A stretch of DNA of 64,000 nucleotides from Diplonema japonicum (taxonomy: Eukaryota > Protista > Euglenozoa: Diplonemea): positions 310,001-374,000 of the forward strand of contig OZ025670.1 of the NCBI GenBank assembly GCA_964019335.1, read 5' to 3'. The first letter of the stretch is position 1. Every line of letters begins with the position of its first letter. Under the pieces are notes generated by a model. It ran no database searches. It had not been told where the DNA came from and saw nothing but the letters and a program-made list of their open reading frames with translations. This document shows positions 60,033 through 64,000 of this stretch, piece after piece. The position numbers and the translations under genes are program-made.

Positions 60033-61072
60033 CAAATCGTTAGATCCCATTGGTCGACCCGCTTCAGATTTTCCAGCAACGGCAGAAGTCGTCTGCCGTC
60101 TTTTGGCCGGACTACTGGACATTATTGCACGACGCCAAGATCTGGGAGTCGATCGAGGGAGGTTGGCCGTTCCCGGACCGTGTCGCGGCGTCTCAAGACA
60201 GTGGTTTAATGGTTGTCTGCAAGTCCTGCGGCGCATGGAAACCGCTCACCCTCGCCTTCTACTTCAACTACCACAACAACGTGTTCTACCCCGCTATCTA
60301 CACAGGACACTTTTCAGAGAAACAGTGCCGCGCAAGTAAATGCAACTCCGGCCACTCCGTCCCGGGCATCGGCGACAAGGATACCTTCCAAATCGCATGG
60401 AGAGCACTCAATGAGCCGTACCACATGATGCCCCCCTCCGCACTGGGCGGCACCATGCTTCCAAAAAGATCGCTTCTATGTGGGACATCGTTTCTCCACA
60501 AAAGCCGCAACGGTGCGACAATAGCAATACATCACAACTCGAACAAGTGGTGGTACAAAGACTTCCTTACTGGGAAGTGGGCATCGTCAAGAACAGGGTT
60601 TCTGTTAACCCACACAACGTCTTACGTCAATGATGAGACAGCCTTCCATGCGGATGGGGTCAACCAGTGGAGAGCTGTTACGTACTCAGGTAGATTTGAT
60701 GCGGGGAAGCAAGCACCACCCGCGGGTGCCAGGTGGTGTATTGTGTACAAAGGTGATGTGCGGACTAGTACCATCGAAAGCGAGATGGGTTGGGACATTG
60801 AAACCATCTTGCTGACGTTTTACAGTAAGACCTACGCCGCTCCTTGGCTTTCCGACTGGGCGACCGACGCTCTTGCAAAGGATACACCGATTCAGAAATG
60901 CTTGCGTGCGAAGGGATGGGCTACCGTGAAGGAAATCGACACTGTCCGAGACGACGCGCTGAGGAATATTGTCATAAGTGCCCTTCACGCGCGGGGACAA
61001 GGTAAGGTCACAGTCCTCCAAGGACGTTCAGATGCTGGGCTGTCTGAACTGTGCTTGAAGCAAGAAACGTGA
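58742..61072 (+). CDS. Type II membrane alpha-mannosyltransferase (GT71/MNN2-like); introns 59875-59919, 59996-60043
   Basis: N-terminal transmembrane helix; KGIAIMAG; PVEIW; FALKP...VLFLDAD; FWPDYW; QDSG; GDKDTF. Confidence 0.8.
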
Positions 61073-61809
61073 GAAATTTGGGAGAAGAAAAAAAAAAGAG
61101 AAAAAAAAAAAAGTAATAATAATAGATACATATCACGTTTTTTCTTTTCTTTTTTTTTTTTTTTTTTTTCCCGTATACCGTCGACACCAAGGGTTGGGGG
61201 GAGGGGAGAAAAAAAAAAGAGGGGGAAAAAAAAGAGGGTCCCTCTCCCCCACATGTTATCTAATGGGTTTGTTTGTTCGTTGGTATAAACCAGGAAAAAA
61301 AAAAAAAAAAAAAAAAAAAAGACTCCCTTCCCGCCTTTACCGACACTGCTTCGATTATTTTGAATCTCCTCCCCCACCCACAGGTAGGGGGAGAAAAAAA
61401 AGGGGTCTTTTATAAAAAAGAACTATGGTTTAAAAAAAAATTAAAAAAAGTGTTTATAGGGCTTTATTAGATACGTGTGTGGGTAATCCCTTCATTTTTT
61501 TTTTCTCTTTTTTTTTTTCTCTTTCGTTCAAAGGGAAAAAGTTGGACCACTGATGTATACTCGGGAGGTCATGGAAAAAAAAAAAAAAAGGGTTTTTTTT
61601 TTAAACATAAAAATTGGTGCTGCTGTTGCCAGCAGTTCTTCTCCATCAGGAGTTTTAAAGCGGTGTTAAAAAAAAAAAAACTTTTAATTTTTATTTATTT
61701 TCTGGATTTCCGGGGTTTGCCTTTCAGTCATGGATGGCATCTGCGGTAACAACATCGCTCGCAGTCCCTCTAAGAAGGGAGCTGTTTGGGTGGACGAAAA
61801 CAGGGGCCA

Positions 61810-62065
61810 TGCGTCGCTGATGCACCCAGGTTCCTCAGGGAGTTCATCGAGTTCAGCCGCATCCGCACCAGAAAGCCCAGGGAGGCTGACATGATAACGT
61901 AGTTCGATGCCCTGTACAAAGGAGGGCTAAGCCGCCGAGCCTCTGGTCCCTTTATAGTCGCCTGAACCATACCATGGAGCAGAAGCACAAAACTGCAAGA
62001 CTGGCCCAGGTTGACTGCCATGCTGAAGGCGTGGACGAGCAGTGCAAGCAACCCCCTGTCTTAAT
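61810..62065 (+). pseudogene. Decayed coding fragment, possibly the core-binding domain of a tyrosine recombinase
   Basis: Coding-like GC island with in-frame stops: FLREFIEF...DMIT*FDALYKGGLS...WPRLTAMLKAW. Confidence 0.3.
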
Positions 62066-62144
62066 GTTATGTCAAATCCTGGACTTCCTGGTTTTGGGGG
62101 GTTTGGGAGTACCATCGGGAACCAGAAAATAAATAAAATTACGT

Positions 62145-62270
62145 ATTCATGAATTAAAGTGGACTTTACTCTTTCCCTTGGCTGATAATCTGTTCCTCGG
62201 AATCTGATTTTCACGAGCGAAGCGAGGGAAAATACCGCGGGAAATAAAGTCCACTTTATTTTTCATAAAT
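62145..62270. mobile_element. Palindromic MITE-like element
   Basis: taaagtggacttta (62155-62168) and taaagtccacttta (62245-62258) form a perfect inverted pair within ~35 bp imperfect arms; internal cacgagcgaagcgag hairpin. Confidence 0.55.
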
Positions 62271-63339
62271 CAATAGTTATTAAAAAAAAAAAAAAAAAAC
62301 TATGTTATTTGTTATGGTAGTTTGTTTGCCGTTCTTCTTTGGGGCAACAAGACCAAGGGTCTTCGGGCCTAGGTGCACTTGCCCCCCCCCCATTTTTTTC
62401 CCCTCATTTCTTTACGCTTTTCTCTGTGTATTGCTGAAAAGAGAAGGGGAAAATATTTGTTTGGAGAGAAAATCTAAAAAGAGACGTATGCCTTTTGCTT
62501 GGTAGATATACAAAAAAAAAAAAAGATTAAATGCGAAGGGGGTATTTTACGTTTCCTTGAAAGAACAAACCAGGGGGAAGGAAAGTTGCAATGAACGGTG
62601 CTTTGCACTTTTCATTTTTTGTTGCCTCCCTTTTTTTTTTCTTAGGTAGTGATAGCACACGAAACAGAAAACTTGAAATAGGTTTTTTTTTATTTCTTGT
62701 TCTTTTTTTCCGAAAAAAAAAAAAAGGTATCAAGTTTTAATTTTTTGTTCCCTTCTTTTTTTTTTTCCCCCTTCCTTCCTTTCTCTTGTCCCTTACCCTG
62801 TATTACAGTCTGGATATCGGTCTCTCATCCCATTTACAAAATGGGGAGGGGGAAAAAAAATCAACTAACTCTTCTTTCTTTTTTTTTCTTCTTTTTTTTT
62901 TTCCCTGCGCCAAGGAAAAAAAAAGTTTTAAAAAAAATAAATGAAAAGAAAGAAAAGAAAAAAAAAAGAGAAACTTACCCTGAAGACTGCTTTTTTTTTT
63001 TTATTCATGAATCAGCGGTGTTTTCTCTTATTCCCTCATTTTTCAAAAAAAAAAAACAATTTTTTTTATTTCAGCTTTTTTCTTCTTCTTTCCGTTTCTT
63101 ATTCTTTATTTTAAAGAAAGAAAAAAAAAAAAAAAAAAAAAAAAAAAACAGCAGATTCTATTAGAGAAAAATAATAAGAAAGGGAAATAGAAGGGTGTCA
63201 TAGGGAGAATGAAAGGGGGGAGAAGAAAAAAAAAATGCACCACTTTTTTCTTCTTCTTTTTCCTATTTTGTCTCCTTTTTTTAAAAGTTTTCTTAATTCC
63301 CCCCCTTCCCCTCCTTCTTCTTTTTTTTTACTTCCCTCT

Positions 63340-63380
<41 letters not shown>

Positions 63381-63709
63381 CGGATTTCTAATGTGAAGCC
63401 ATGCTTTGGGAACCCTGAGAAATTCCACAAGGGAAGGAATGCAATTAAGTCAAGTTTTATTTGTGCTATTTTTTTTTTTCTTTAATTTCTTTTATCTTTT
63501 TGATGCATTTGGCTGAAAAGTACTATACAAAATGAAGCGGCCTTTTCTAAGGGAAAAGTACCTCTTTAAAAAAAAGAAAAAAAAAAAGAAAAACGGCTTC
63601 TAATTAGAAATCCGAAAGGGTAAATCATTTAAAGAATGTTTTTTTTTCTTTCTCCCCCTCCCCCTTCTAATTTCACATTGTTCACAAAAGAAAGGGAGAG
63701 GGGAATAAA

Positions 63710-64000
63710 ATGTGTCAGCTATTCGGCTTTACGTTTATCCTCACTGTGGCTGCTCTGAGCTACGTGATGAACATGTGCCCTGAGGTTCTGTATCCCGACA
63801 CGGAAGAACCCACAGGGAAGGGCTTGGAACTGATCCCGGGCGGTGTGGAGGGGTACCTCAAGGTTCAGGAAGAGGCCCCCGTGAGCGTGTACGACGAAGA
63901 GGCCAAACGGTACAACTTCGGGAGGTTCAAGAAACCGTTCAAGAACGCCGCCACCCACAAACTGAACCCTGCACAGTACCTCACACAACACAAGGAATGG
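63710..64000 (+). CDS. Signal-peptide/anchor protein, 3'-truncated by window edge
   Basis: Open frame MCQLFGFTFILTVAALS...YNFGRFKKP...QHKEW runs to the end of the window. Confidence 0.6.
   Translation, partial: MCQLFGFTFILTVAALSYVMNMCPEVLYPDTEEPTGKGLELIPGGVEGYLKVQEEAPVSVYDEEAKRYNFGRFKKPFKNAATHKLNPAQYLTQHKEW

Noticed and set aside
1-64000. Stop-codon reassignment or programmed frameshifting to explain split ORFs
   Set aside because: Every break examined is explained by a short GT-AG intron, and TAA, TAG and TGA all terminate genes.
1-64000. tRNA, rRNA, spliced-leader RNA gene, telomeric repeat or CRISPR array
   Set aside because: None was recognised by eye. Covariance-model searches were not run.
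63710-64000. Assignment of the last ORF to DUF2804
   Set aside because: The resemblance (FGRF...KEW) is weak and rests on a truncated fragment.

Overview
This is eukaryotic genomic DNA. About 33 protein-coding genes all lie on the + strand, separated by homopolymer-rich spacers. A one-strand gene cluster combined with many very short GT-AG introns suggests a euglenozoan, most plausibly a diplonemid (inference). Recognisable genes include UPF1, two identical eIF1A copies, NOL6/Utp22, an NDUFAF3-like protein, a sphingomyelin-synthase-family protein, an EB1-like protein, a CHID1-like GH18 protein, a GT71 mannosyltransferase, an LVIVD-repeat membrane protein and a TPR protein. The most notable signals are: (1) five intronless p62/NBR1-like PB1-(TPR)-Cys/His cassette-UBA paralogues with near-identical 5' halves and combinatorially varied middle cassettes, carrying direct evidence of recombination; (2) about 34 mini-introns of 35-76 nt, many with a poly(A) run where a polypyrimidine tract is expected, and biased toward gene 3' ends; (3) several unusual domain fusions; (4) a structured non-coding element present twice, two MITE-like inverted-repeat elements, and a possible tyrosine-recombinase relic. 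All domain calls come from motif recognition by eye, not database searches.
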